Assembly (NCBI GenBank): GCA_000146045.2
Contig: BK006949.2
Coordinates: 832,001-896,000, forward strand
DNA from: TPA_inf: Saccharomyces
Taxonomy: Eukaryota
Direction of reading: 5' to 3'
DNA length: 64,000 nucleotides
The notes beneath the pieces were generated by a model. That model ran no database searches, was not told where the DNA came from, and saw only the letters and a program-made list of their open reading frames with translations. Each line of letters begins with the position of its first letter. Position 1 is the first letter of the stretch. Both the position numbers and the translations under genes were made by a program. Of the stretch, positions 1 to 10,669 are shown in pieces.

Positions 1-60
1 CATCACGTCCATACCAGGTGCGTAAGCTTAATCACTCTTTGCTCCCCTGGTCTGCCCTTC

Positions 61-1458
61 CTATTCCGGATTTATCGGCTCGTTCCCCGCGCCCACTGGG
101 GTAAACCGGCTTGATGGCCCGACCTCGGCGGCTAGCCACCGCACCCAGACCACGGTCTTCTCCAGAATGCCCACGACGTAGTAGCGTGGTTCCGTCACCA
201 CTATTGGGCTGACACAACACCTGTGCTCAATGCTCAGCAATATATCCTCTATACTACTACTGTCCGCGGGTGCTTTCAGAAGTGTTTGCCATCGGTCGAT
301 AAGCTCTTTGTCCTGACGCAGCGATTCGACTGCCCCCGTAAAGTCTCGTTCGTGATCCCGTAGGCAATCGCAGAAAATCTCTTTCCGCTGTTCCAAGTCG
401 AACGTCTTATAATAAAACAGCAGTTGGGAAACGAATTTGTCTTGGTCGCGCTTCGACGGTATATACTCCTTGATTTTGTAGGCCTTGTATAACGCTTTTT
501 GTTGTTTCCTTATATCTTGTGGGATGGTGTCGGGTGCGATTGTTCCCGCATTAGCAACAATTTGTGCCAGATAATGGTATTTTGTTGGTTCTAGTACTTC
601 GCTATCGTCTTCGCTATTATCTTCGCTATCGCTTTCTTCAGCGGTGGCATTGCCACTGCGCTCGCCGCACCATTCTTCGAAAAGACTTTCACGAACTGTG
701 TCATCTCTGATCTTGTAAAAATCAGGATCGTTTTCGATTTTCTTGCTTTGCAGCGACCACGTGGAAAACTTGTCTAGTTTATACCTATCGAATAATTCGA
801 AGAAGATATTACGCTCGTCAATGTCATCTGTATCAATACGATTCAGATCATCGATAATGCTGATATCTTGATTTACAATTTGTTCTTCATTCTCTTCGTC
901 TTCCTCTTCGTCTTCCTCTTCGTCTTCCTCCCCCGAAGATGAACCATACCCGCTGACTAGCCCAGTGTGGCTTTCCTGTAAAGGGGATTTTACGTCACCC
1001 GCCTCTTCGCTGATCTCATCTTTTCTCTCAACTTCGTCTTGATTTCTTTTAAATAGATGAATCTCTTCGTTGCAAGATTCGAGGATTTTATCAATGTCCT
1101 CCTCCCGCATAGTGTAACCTCTGGCAACGCCAATCAGAAGAACCAGTTTTTCCTTATCTAACGACTCGATTAATGAGCGACACCTGCTGTCGTCCTCTTG
1201 ACTGATGTCATTTTTGAACTCCTTAGAGTCATCATTAAAGTAAAGTTTTGTACCATCGTTGTATATTATTAAGTGCCAACCATTAACCAGTTCTAATGAA
1301 AATGTTGGCTTCCTCTCTGTCTGTGATTCTTTCGCATTGCTTTCTAGGTTAGAGCCTTTCTTCAAATTAGGTTTTTCCCATCGAGACTGCTTCGTGTTCT
1401 TATTATAGTAATACTTTTTGCCTGCAGGTGTCTTAAATTCCTGCCATTCTCCACGCAT
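61..1458 (-). CDS. URN1: Pre-mRNA splicing factor with a WW domain (WQEFKTPAGKKYYYNKNTKQSRWEKP) and FF-like repeats, 465 aa, with an acidic E/D repeat tract
   Basis: Full-length 465 aa ORF with WW-domain signature. The length and the neighbouring genes match YPR152C as I recall it. Confidence 0.8.
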   Translation of the reverse strand: MRGEWQEFKTPAGKKYYYNKNTKQSRWEKPNLKKGSNLESNAKESQTERKPTFSLELVNGWHLIIYNDGTKLYFNDDSKEFKNDISQEDDSRCRSLIESLDKEKLVLLIGVARGYTMREEDIDKILESCNEEIHLFKRNQDEVERKDEISEEAGDVKSPLQESHTGLVSGYGSSSGEEDEEEDEEEDEENEEQIVNQDISIIDDLNRIDTDDIDERNIFFELFDRYKLDKFSTWSLQSKKIENDPDFYKIRDDTVRESLFEEWCGERSGNATAEESDSEDNSEDDSEVLEPTKYHYLAQIVANAGTIAPDTIPQDIRKQQKALYKAYKIKEYIPSKRDQDKFVSQLLFYYKTFDLEQRKEIFCDCLRDHERDFTGAVESLRQDKELIDRWQTLLKAPADSSSIEDILLSIEHRCCVSPIVVTEPRYYVVGILEKTVVWVRWLAAEVGPSSRFTPVGAGNEPINPE

Positions 1459-1688
1459 GGCGATTCTGTGTTACTGAACTGTCTTTCTCTTTATAATACA
1501 TATCAGAATCTCTTTCGGACACTATTTCCTCTTTCTTCAATTATATTGTTTTCTCTTTCATTGCCGAAGAAAAAAAGAAACATACTGAAAGTTGATAAAT
1601 ATGCAATAATAAAACCTTTTCCTACTCTTGACGCTTCTGTATAAGATAAAAACTGCCAACAAGATCAGTTCCAACTTCCTGCCGTATT

Positions 1689-2245
1689 ATGAGGTATGTT
1701 ATTCATTACCAAGACTATATCCGCCACGGCTGGATGCAGGCATCGCTCCCTGTGGCTTAAGAAAATAATAGGCACAAAACTAACAATAAAAACATCCACT
1801 ACTCTGTCGCATGTTCCCTGTGCTCAGATCATTCGTAACAAATAACGATATACCTGTTGGATATGTAACGCCAAAATTCCCCTCATTATACTGGCCCATC
1901 AACAACTCGAAGTATAATACTGCATTCTTATACTATATATCTGACATTTGGAAATTTTCGCTGTACTGGACTTTGATCTTTAATGGTGCATTTTACGTTA
2001 CTGCTGGTGTGTATGCTAGCTTGACCCATAGAAAGAAGGCTGGAAGTGTATGGATATTCGTCATGTACGTCTTATACGGAGGCGTTCAAGGCTTGACGAC
2101 TGGTACAGTTATGGGGTTTTTAATAGGTGCGATCTATAGATCTGGTTTATTTTCTATGTCTACATGGGTCCCACTTTGTTGCGCAGTAGTCCAAATCCTT
2201 TTCGATGTGGTGCTAAGTTATTCCATGGTTGGTTCCGTTATGTGA
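1689..2245 (+). CDS. YPR153W: Small membrane protein, spliced as join(1689..1693,1828..2245). The first exon is only ATGAG, and the intron is GTATGT at 1694 ... AACTAAC at 1778-1784 ... CAG at 1825-1827. Product is 140 aa.
   Basis: The track ORF 1811-2245 starts at an internal Met. Upstream, ATGAG|GTATGT is followed by a branchpoint-like AACTAAC and a CAG acceptor that joins in frame (M-R-S-F-V-T-N-N...). The 140 aa product matches the recalled length of YPR153W. Confidence 0.65.
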
Positions 2246-2564
2246 AAGCTTCTGTCAAGAAAAAACAAGAAGGGGTTTACTGATTTGATGATAAAAGTTA
2301 GCAGCAACTTTTGAATGAGAATGTGCCATCCTTCACGTAAAGAGCCTAATACTCTTTCTTCAAAGCGCTAGATTGTTCTAAACGTTTCTTTAACTATTGT
2401 TTTCGTTCGTGCAGCGTGATTAACCGAGCCTCCTTCGAGGCGGGGATGGATATTGTAAGCTGCATATATAGTCGAACCTCAAATCGGTTGAGACAATAGG
2501 CAAAGTGCCCACATTGGCGCAAACACAAGAACATTAGGAAAGAAGGCAATCTGATATTTCAAAA

Positions 2565-3212
2565 ATGTCTGCTTCATTGATTAATCGTTCCTTAACAAAC
2601 ATTAGGACAGAACTGGATTTTCTAAAAGGGTCAAATGTCATTTCAAATGACGTTTACGATCAAATAAATAAGAGCTTGCCGGCAAAATGGGATCCTGCCA
2701 ATGCACCCCGCAACGCCAGTCCAGCTTCCTTGGAATATGTCGAAGCTCTTTATCAATTTGATCCTCAACAAGATGGTGATTTGGGCTTAAAACCAGGTGA
2801 CAAGGTCCAACTTTTAGAAAAATTATCTCCAGAGTGGTACAAGGGTAGCTGTAATGGCCGTACCGGTATTTTCCCAGCAAACTATGTCAAGCCAGCTTTC
2901 TCTGGGTCTAACGGTCCATCCAATCTTCCACCACCTCCACAGTATAAAGCTCAAGAATTACAACAAATCCCCACGCAAAATAGTGCCGCATCATCTTATC
3001 AACAGCAGCCATTTCCTCCACCTTCCACAAATTATTATCAGCAGCCTCAACAACAGCCGCAACAAGCTCCTCCTCCCCAACAACAACAACAACAACAACA
3101 ACATCAGAGCTCACATAGCCACTTGAAGAGCTTTGGTAGCAAATTGGGTAATGCCGCCATTTTTGGGGCAGGCGCTAGTATTGGGTCAGATATTGTTAAT
3201 AATATCTTTTAA
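2565..3212 (+). CDS. PIN3: SH3-domain protein (ALYQFDPQQDGDLGLKPGDKV...GIFPANYVKP) with a Q/N/P-rich prion-like C-terminus, 215 aa
   Basis: SH3 motif followed by a Q/P-rich low-complexity tail, including a (CAA)n run near 3080-3105. The 215 aa length matches PIN3/LSB2. Confidence 0.8.
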   Translation: MSASLINRSLTNIRTELDFLKGSNVISNDVYDQINKSLPAKWDPANAPRNASPASLEYVEALYQFDPQQDGDLGLKPGDKVQLLEKLSPEWYKGSCNGRTGIFPANYVKPAFSGSNGPSNLPPPPQYKAQELQQIPTQNSAASSYQQQPFPPPSTNYYQQPQQQPQQAPPPQQQQQQQQHQSSHSHLKSFGSKLGNAAIFGAGASIGSDIVNNIF

Positions 3213-3562
3213 GTCGTTTTTCTCTTTATATACTTCATTCATTTGTTCTCCATTATGGCCAAACCTTTCATAAATTGAACGAAGTTCTACCTTTGGTGTT
3301 GTTATCCCTAGAATTTTTTTCTAATGAGTATGAATTTAAGTAACCTTTTTTTTTCTTTTTTTTTAAACAGATATATCGTATATGGAGGATAATAGTACAT
3401 CACTTATGATATGAGCGAGAAAATCTGTCTTTTTAGTAAAAAAGTATAAAAAGTAAAAAGGCGTCGATTTTGCGTTGATTTCTTTATATTTACGTCTGTA
3501 CAAAAAATACATTAAGAATATATTCAATATCTTCCCTTTCTTCTTCCCCAGCAGGCTATACG

Positions 3563-5413
3563 CTAATGGATTAAAAACCTGCCATATACGTGGTATATCC
3601 TGTTGACGACATTTATATGAGCTCCGGAGTCAAGATTGGTATCCACCAGTTCCTCAACGTCCCTAAACCATTCTTTCTTTCTTGAACGCGGGATCAAAAA
3701 ACTTCCCAATTTGTATAAGTTAGAAACCTCAATCACTAGTAGACCCTGGTTTAAGTGTTCCTCATCGGCGTCCGCACCTTGTTTAGAATAATTCAAAACT
3801 CTTTCCACATTATTCAAACTTATACTTATTTGCTCCCTATACCGTTTTTCATTAGACCAGACATTGCCTAGTTTGACAAATCTTTTTAACGCCACTATAG
3901 AAGAATATAGTATCACTAAAGCCGGAGATAATGCTACAACTCCAAACACCAACTGTTGCGATTTCAGCATTTTATCAATGCCATTCAATGCCATAGATCC
4001 ATCGACTTTTGTTTTTTGCAGTTGAATCAATAAAGACCTGACTAATCCACCCGTAGCTATATTCTTTATCGGATGATGTAGTTGTGTTTCATATATTTCC
4101 ATAAATTCGGTCAAATCACCATGTTCGACTTTAGTACTCAATAGAATAGGGTCTATGGGGCTGTTAGACGTCGAATCACTATTATCCACAACAAAACTAA
4201 CAATCATTCTGGTAAGAGAATCCATGTCAGAGTTTAATGTCTCCTGTGATGTCACTGAAATGGCGCTTCCCTCGTCATGCTTAACAGTAGACCAAACCTG
4301 TTTCAGGGGTGCCCATAACCAGTTCAAGATCAGCCCTTTCGCAAAGTCAACGACATTGGTCTTAATGAAATCTTGAATAAAATACCGGGAATTCCACAAC
4401 GACATAACAGAAGATGGTCCATATAAAAGACACAACAAAATTGAAGGCCAGTATCTAGTCAATATACTTGGTTTAGTGAACCTTCTTAAAGGATGATCTT
4501 TATGAAATTTCGCTGAGCATCGGATCACATCTAGTAAATTCGAATCAGACATGGCTAATCCAAAGAAGTCCTGTAAAGATTTTAGACGTCTTTCGTAGTT
4601 CGGTAAATGTACTTCGGTGAACATACCATTTTCTTCTGGTTGTTGATCGAATTCAGTGATCAACTGCCCCAGTTTAATAGTATAATACTTTGATGATTGA
4701 GTGACCATATCAAGTCTTTCGTGCACTATACCGCGAGGTATATCAGAAACCAATGAAGCTATTTCAATTGGTTTCTTCGGTAGCCCGACAAACCTGAAGT
4801 TCCGAATCACCATAAATTTGTTTATTCTTGGGCGTATTTTTTCTAGTAAATCAACTGACAAGGCCTTTAGGGACCATTTTTGATGCGACAGTTTTTTCTT
4901 ATTTACATCCTTCAAAACAGTTTGAGATAAAAGACGTATTGTCGATACTGAATTTTGTAAACAGTAAAGAAAAGACTTTAGGATTGAATCACTTACTGTT
5001 TTGTAGTACTGTTCAGCTTCATACACGGCAGGTAAACCTTGGACGCATTCGTTGGTCACAGAATAGTAGCACAATAATATAATGTACTCAAATATGGCTT
5101 GGCTAACAAGATATTGCAAATCTCCGTCTTCAAAGGATGAGGGATCAGCAATGTCCTTGCAAATATTGTATAGCAAATCAAAAGGCACCGAACAATAAGA
5201 GTCAATATTGTCAGTTTTGATTGAAATGCAGATTTTTTCAACAATTGACCTGATCAATTGTAATTGATCTTGTAACCTACTTAGTTCTTCATTTTCCTCA
5301 CGTACGTCTTGAATCAATTGTTGCTGTGAATCAAATGCAACCTCTCGTAGTGATTCCTCTAATGAATGACTTATCTCTTCAAAAGATTTCAAAATACGCC
5401 TATTGATGATCAT
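3563..5413 (-). CDS. NCA2: Nuclear control of ATPase protein 2, 616 aa
   Basis: Uninterrupted 616 aa ORF. The length and the position between PIN3 and TPO3 match YPR155C. Confidence 0.75.
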   Translation of the reverse strand: MIINRRILKSFEEISHSLEESLREVAFDSQQQLIQDVREENEELSRLQDQLQLIRSIVEKICISIKTDNIDSYCSVPFDLLYNICKDIADPSSFEDGDLQYLVSQAIFEYIILLCYYSVTNECVQGLPAVYEAEQYYKTVSDSILKSFLYCLQNSVSTIRLLSQTVLKDVNKKKLSHQKWSLKALSVDLLEKIRPRINKFMVIRNFRFVGLPKKPIEIASLVSDIPRGIVHERLDMVTQSSKYYTIKLGQLITEFDQQPEENGMFTEVHLPNYERRLKSLQDFFGLAMSDSNLLDVIRCSAKFHKDHPLRRFTKPSILTRYWPSILLCLLYGPSSVMSLWNSRYFIQDFIKTNVVDFAKGLILNWLWAPLKQVWSTVKHDEGSAISVTSQETLNSDMDSLTRMIVSFVVDNSDSTSNSPIDPILLSTKVEHGDLTEFMEIYETQLHHPIKNIATGGLVRSLLIQLQKTKVDGSMALNGIDKMLKSQQLVFGVVALSPALVILYSSIVALKRFVKLGNVWSNEKRYREQISISLNNVERVLNYSKQGADADEEHLNQGLLVIEVSNLYKLGSFLIPRSRKKEWFRDVEELVDTNLDSGAHINVVNRIYHVYGRFLIH

Positions 5414-5908
5414 TTAAGAATATTAATTAAGGAACCTGCAATTTTGCAATAGGACTATTTTGTTGACTTTGTTGTTATTACTAAGTTTTAAAGTGGAAAA
5501 GAATTCCGACCCTTTGTTTAGTGAGTGGGGGTCAATCAAATTCGTATTCCTCGGTCAAATGAGGAGGAATGTAAAAACCGAAAATAAAGTCATCGCATAG
5601 GTACAAGAAGAATGAACTTGAGAAGTTCAAATTTCTAATTCAATTTTTTTTTTTTTCTATACATATAAATTAATAAAGTTACTCACGGTTTGAAGGTCAA
5701 TCAATATATTTGTTTAGGATAGCAATAGATAAAAGAACAATAGAGAAAGAATGTAAAATACGTAAAAATATATGTACATTACTGTCGGATAATGGTTTGA
5801 ATGCATGTTTGATATGTTTGCTTATGTTTGCTTATGTTTGCTTATGTTTTTATCATTACTACTACTATAATTTTTCATTATTATGCTCGATTCGTAAAAT
5901 CGTTACTC

Positions 5909-7777
5909 TTATTCAATACTATCTATGGAATAATCCTTCTTGGATAACTTATGTCTCAAACCTTTGCCCCAGTAAGAAAATGCAAAAGGTAAAGCAATCA
6001 TAGCAGTGGAGATGAAAGCCAACAACCAAGAACCCCAGTGCAGATTCAATTTGTGGTACATTTGAATGGTAAACAAGGGGAAGGCAGCACCACCGGCGGA
6101 TCTTAAGAAAACCTTTGTAGCCAGAGCACTGGATGCGTATTGGACGTAGCAATCAATAATGTAATTATTCAATGAATAATAAATCAACACCATACCGAAA
6201 CCAAAAGCTAAACCAGCTGAAGCTGGACCAACCCAAATAATATGTTTATAAGCGGTAGCACCCAGGATCCATAAAGCAATTGCAGCAAATGGAGCACCGA
6301 TCTTAGCACCTAGCAAACGATCTTCAGGAGTAGGTTTACGCTGTTTGACAATTTGTAAATACTTGTTTTCACAGTAGAAAGTTGTGGCTAACGCCCAAAG
6401 AGCACCGATAACAATAGGAATAAACATCAAACCCACAAGGTTGTCTTTGTAGCCATATAGTTCACCGAAAATGACAGGGAAGGCAAAGAAGAACGCATAT
6501 AGTAGAGAGTAAATCAAACACACGTAGAAACAAGTAGCAACTAGAACAGGTTCAGTGACAGAGAAGTACAAAGGTCTCAACAGACAAGCCCTCATCATTT
6601 CACCCATACTGACACCTTGCGCTTCCTGCTCAGTCATAATCTTGGGATTACCAGTTTCCTTTCTTAATCTAGCAGCCTTTCTCTTCAAGATAACTGGAGC
6701 GTACGTTTCTGGGATGGCAGAAGATATGATCCACATAACACCTGCAAAGGCCATATTGACCCAGAAAATCAGGTCCATACGTCCGGTAGAAACGGAAATA
6801 AAACCGTTAACTAGTGGACCAACAACGGGACCAACGTAAGGAGCAAAAGCGAAGAAAGCAATAGCCTTACCTCTTGTTTCACTTGGGAACATATCGGCAA
6901 TAGACCCACCAACTAAACACAAACCAGATGATGACCAAACACCACATAAAAATCTACAAGCTAAAAGACTACCTAGATTTGGAGCTAAGGCGCAAGGGAT
7001 ATTGAAGATGACATAAAGACCCATAGAAACAAAGTAAGCAACTCTTCTACCGTAAAGATCACTAACAGGAGACCAAATCAAAGGACCCAGCGAGAACCCA
7101 ATAACCATTAAAGAAACCGATAAAATAGCGGCTTCCATACCTACATGGTATTTCTTTTCAACGGTTCCCAACCCACCACTGATACAAGCAGACCCGTAGG
7201 CGACACAAATAACTAAGATTGACAGTAGGACAGTGTAACTCCAACGGATCCATGCAGGCCAGTTATGGGGGTTTTCTGGATCGCCAGTCACAAAGGTAAC
7301 GAATTCAATTTCCGGATCTAGATCTGGAGCTTCGTCATTCGCACCACTAGAGTCGCCTTCTTTACCCTTTTCGTTATTATCACTTTCTAAAGCATCTTCA
7401 TTAGAAGAAGGCGAAGAAGCGCCATCGATCTGTCTAGTTCTCGTACGGGAAATCGCAGTAGAAGTTCTACCTATGGAATGTAGAGTGGCGACAGGAACTA
7501 AACCTGTAGGGGTTTCTAAAGTATATTCTTCAGGAAAAATCTTATTCTTGCTAGATTGAGGAGCATTAACATCAGGAACGGGGGCTTTGGAGCTCACACC
7601 CATGTCCTGCAATGACTTCACGGTTTCCGTCCGGGTCAACTTCAGTTGATTAGGAGCCATGTTGGATTTAGATCCACTCTCTGAAGGGATATATTGTTGC
7701 GGCTGCTGACTTTCTACATCAGACAACGAAGATGTTTCGTCTGAATTAAACGAATTTATGGATTCCTGTCTGTTCAT
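5909..7777 (-). CDS. TPO3: MFS polyamine/drug:H+ antiporter (DHA1 family), 622 aa, 12 predicted transmembrane segments after a long hydrophilic N-terminus
   Basis: Long hydrophobic-helix-rich ORF with MFS-like motifs (e.g. GPLIWSPVSDLYGRR). The 622 aa length matches TPO3. Confidence 0.8.
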   Translation of the reverse strand: MNRQESINSFNSDETSSLSDVESQQPQQYIPSESGSKSNMAPNQLKLTRTETVKSLQDMGVSSKAPVPDVNAPQSSKNKIFPEEYTLETPTGLVPVATLHSIGRTSTAISRTRTRQIDGASSPSSNEDALESDNNEKGKEGDSSGANDEAPDLDPEIEFVTFVTGDPENPHNWPAWIRWSYTVLLSILVICVAYGSACISGGLGTVEKKYHVGMEAAILSVSLMVIGFSLGPLIWSPVSDLYGRRVAYFVSMGLYVIFNIPCALAPNLGSLLACRFLCGVWSSSGLCLVGGSIADMFPSETRGKAIAFFAFAPYVGPVVGPLVNGFISVSTGRMDLIFWVNMAFAGVMWIISSAIPETYAPVILKRKAARLRKETGNPKIMTEQEAQGVSMGEMMRACLLRPLYFSVTEPVLVATCFYVCLIYSLLYAFFFAFPVIFGELYGYKDNLVGLMFIPIVIGALWALATTFYCENKYLQIVKQRKPTPEDRLLGAKIGAPFAAIALWILGATAYKHIIWVGPASAGLAFGFGMVLIYYSLNNYIIDCYVQYASSALATKVFLRSAGGAAFPLFTIQMYHKLNLHWGSWLLAFISTAMIALPFAFSYWGKGLRHKLSKKDYSIDSIE

Positions 7778-9265
7778 TTCTGTTTATCTTTGGCTAGAGG
7801 AGTACTAATGCAAAATTAAAATAATGAAGTAAGAAGGGAGAAAGTAATTAGTTATATTAGAAAACTAGACCACGAAATTTGTAGTATAATTATGGGTATG
7901 ACAATTAAAGAATTAGGGTGAACGCTACCGGTGAGGACAAAAAAGGCTGAACGAAGAAGAAAAATAAAAAGAAGATTAGATCAACGCACCTAGACGAAAA
8001 AGAGCAAATACTGCTTATTGTATTCACTTTGGAGAACAGGTTGTAACAGGACAGCTGACAATTGCTAAGTTAAGTAGATTACAAAGACAAATGTTCTTAG
8101 GCGAAAAGAATATATAAACTAAAAGAAAAAGTGGAAAAAGGGTACGTGTAAAAAGAGACTAGGATGGTTGAGCAGCGAATGATTGCAAGATATATAAAAG
8201 AAACGAGCCAGTTTTACAGCGTTTAACGCAGATCCAGAATATGAACAAAATGCATTAGGAAATAAATGAAAAAAATGGCTCTATGGATCAGGGATCATCA
8301 TGGCTGCCGGAAACTACGCCGTTCTGTTTTGTTTTTGTTTTTCCTTTTTCCCGTTTGGGTGAAATCAGTGAGCTGTTCCGATCCGTTGGGCGAAGACATT
8401 GCCGCAGTGACGAAGCCCGGCTAGTCCGATTGGGCTCCAGTAAACCCCTCGCCAAGCACAGAGAAGCTAGTCAGAGGCCCGCTAGACTGTACTTACTGGT
8501 CTTTAGCACACGACGACCGTACTTTGCACGTGGCTGCAGACACATTTTGTATGGAGGGAATGCTTGATTATATAAAGAGCTCTGTTTTTATGTTACCCGT
8601 CCAACGTTCTCACCCGGCTCCGCGCTATTTTTTTTTTTTTTTTTTTTTTTTTTCAGACCCACACAAAATCCGCGTAGCCGAGATTGCTTATGTATGTTAT
8701 CATATTGCCTGTTTGAGATATGCAGGATCAGCATAGCATGTCTCTAACCAAATTGTGGGTCAGTCAATTATGTTGCTCTTTTGGGTATACGCTTTCACCG
8801 GATTCTCGAGAAATCGTATAATGCATGCCCCAAAGCAGTGGCCGTTCTCGGAAAAATAAAAATAGTTTATATCTCAATTTAGTTATATGGCTATGACGGA
8901 AACGACAAAATCAAATTGAAACTTAGAAAAAATAAAAAACAGCGCATTATTAAGGTTTCATGACTCCGTATTCGCTGTCCTACGTGTAAATAGGAAGAAG
9001 AAAAAAGTGAAAAAGGAAGAACCCTTCTTTTGAAGGAAAGCATAACTCGTTACTCATACGACGGATGCGAGATATACTCTCTACGTAGTTGTACTAGCCG
9101 AATGAAAAAAGAGAAAGTTCCGAATATGTAAAATTGAAATTTCTCTTCTTTATAATAGAACTAACAATTGAACTTTCCTTTTCTTTTGAAGCTACCGTCA
9201 ATGACAAAGAAGGCAGCTTTGATAAAGTACTCAATAGGTAAAGCAAACTTCAATTCAGTTAGCGA

Positions 9266-10669
9266 ATGCATTGCGTACTAGCGCGAATATTGTTATGGTT
9301 CTTAATAGTAGATCTAAGCGTCATACGGGCGCTTGTCCTTCCACCATTGAAAGATTATGATCCGTTAGAGCCTTTGATGAAAAGAGACATGGCCATGGGT
9401 CAACGGAACAGATTCAAAGTCGACGGCCAATTGCCGCCCATACTAAATTCCACAGATGTGACAGATGATCAGAGAAGTCTGCATACGCCTGGAGAGATTC
9501 CATCTTATGTCATCAATCATTGTCCCTTAGTGCACTTGTATAGCGAAGAGAAATATTGGCCATCGGACATTGCTGAGTACGTTCAAAACTTCCAAATTAA
9601 AGATAAAAACGGCAATTCTATATCCACTCATGAAAATTTGACACTGCATGACTTGAAGGCGGAATACCACGTAGATTTATTTGGCAACAAAACGGAAACG
9701 CATATCCCCAGTAGCGAGGTATTTTTAACCAGTTTGGACGATTTCGACAAGGACCCTAAATGGTTGCTCGGTCATCTACCCGAATACGGAACAGGCTACA
9801 ACTCTAAGGCGCCTGCTATTCTGATCGTAGTCGACAAGGGGAACGGGTGGGTTGATGCGTTCTGGTTTTTCTTCTACCCATTCAATCATGGCCCTTTTAT
9901 TATGGGCCATGGACCCTGGGGCAATCACGTCGGTGACTGGGAACACTCTTTGGTTCGGTTTTATAAAGGTATTCCAAAATATCTTTGGATGAGTGCGCAT
10001 TCCAGTGGAACAGGCTACAGATACGAAGCTGTTGAGAAATTTAAGAAACTACGGAAAAGAAAACAGCAAGATAGTGACGATGGTGGGGATACTATACTGG
10101 AAAGACCGTTGATTTTTAGTGCTAGAGGCACGCATGCTAATTATGCATCCGCTGGGCAGCATGCTCATGACATTCCTTTTTTTTTCATGCCTTTGAGTGA
10201 TTTTACCGATCGTGGTCCCCTGTGGGATCCATCTTTGAACTTTTACTCCTATACTTTTGATGGTAAAACTGTGACACCCTCCTCAGAGAGAGAAGAATCT
10301 CTCGGTTTGGATTGGTTGCATTTTCAAGGTGGATGGGGTGATCAACAACTACCAGCTAGAGATCCAAGACAGAAATGGTGCGTAGCTCAATGGAAGTATA
10401 TCGGAGGTCCTCGTGGCCCCCTGTTTAAGAAATTGGATAGATTGAATCTATGCGGCGGTGTGAAAAAGTGGAATTTCTGGAATGGTGGCTGCCCCGCAAG
10501 AAGATTGATAAAAAAAGCAGAAGGCTTGGACTCTGAGAGCACTGATCTTATGGGTGATAATTGTGGTGTCCTACTCTATAGAATCAGACCAAAATGGCTG
10601 AGAGGAATTCTAAGATTTCTAATGTGGAGAGGTATACTCTGTTCTCTTATGGAATTTTTCACCAATTGA
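9266..10669 (+). CDS. TDA6: Vps62-family protein with an N-terminal signal/anchor, 467 aa
   Basis: 467 aa ORF with a hydrophobic N-terminus. Length and position match YPR157W. Confidence 0.7.
   Translation: MHCVLARILLWFLIVDLSVIRALVLPPLKDYDPLEPLMKRDMAMGQRNRFKVDGQLPPILNSTDVTDDQRSLHTPGEIPSYVINHCPLVHLYSEEKYWPSDIAEYVQNFQIKDKNGNSISTHENLTLHDLKAEYHVDLFGNKTETHIPSSEVFLTSLDDFDKDPKWLLGHLPEYGTGYNSKAPAILIVVDKGNGWVDAFWFFFYPFNHGPFIMGHGPWGNHVGDWEHSLVRFYKGIPKYLWMSAHSSGTGYRYEAVEKFKKLRKRKQQDSDDGGDTILERPLIFSARGTHANYASAGQHAHDIPFFFMPLSDFTDRGPLWDPSLNFYSYTFDGKTVTPSSEREESLGLDWLHFQGGWGDQQLPARDPRQKWCVAQWKYIGGPRGPLFKKLDRLNLCGGVKKWNFWNGGCPARRLIKKAEGLDSESTDLMGDNCGVLLYRIRPKWLRGILRFLMWRGILCSLMEFFTN

Noticed and set aside
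32-220. 62 aa GC-rich ORF on the minus strand at the left edge
   Set aside because: It lies at and beyond the 3' end of URN1, in a different frame, and has an Arg/Gly-rich composition typical of a chance open frame in GC-rich sequence. There is no start context and no partner motifs.
2638-3126. Three overlapping ORFs (80, 90 and 68 aa) inside and antisense to PIN3
   Set aside because: They are artefacts of the CAA/CAG and Pro-codon periodicity of the PIN3 Q/P-rich tail: poly-N, poly-V and poly-L products with no independent signals.
5800-5850. (ATGTTTGCTT)x3 tandem decamer between TPO3 and NCA2
   Set aside because: It is a short perfect repeat in a 3'-UTR or promoter AT-rich region with no recognisable binding-site consensus. 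It is most likely a simple slippage product.
8283-8567. 94 aa ORF in the GC-rich intergenic island
   Set aside because: Its Arg/Ser/Leu-rich composition is atypical of yeast proteins, and it has no Kozak-like A at -3. It is flagged as a possible regulatory or ncRNA region in the findings rather than as a CDS.
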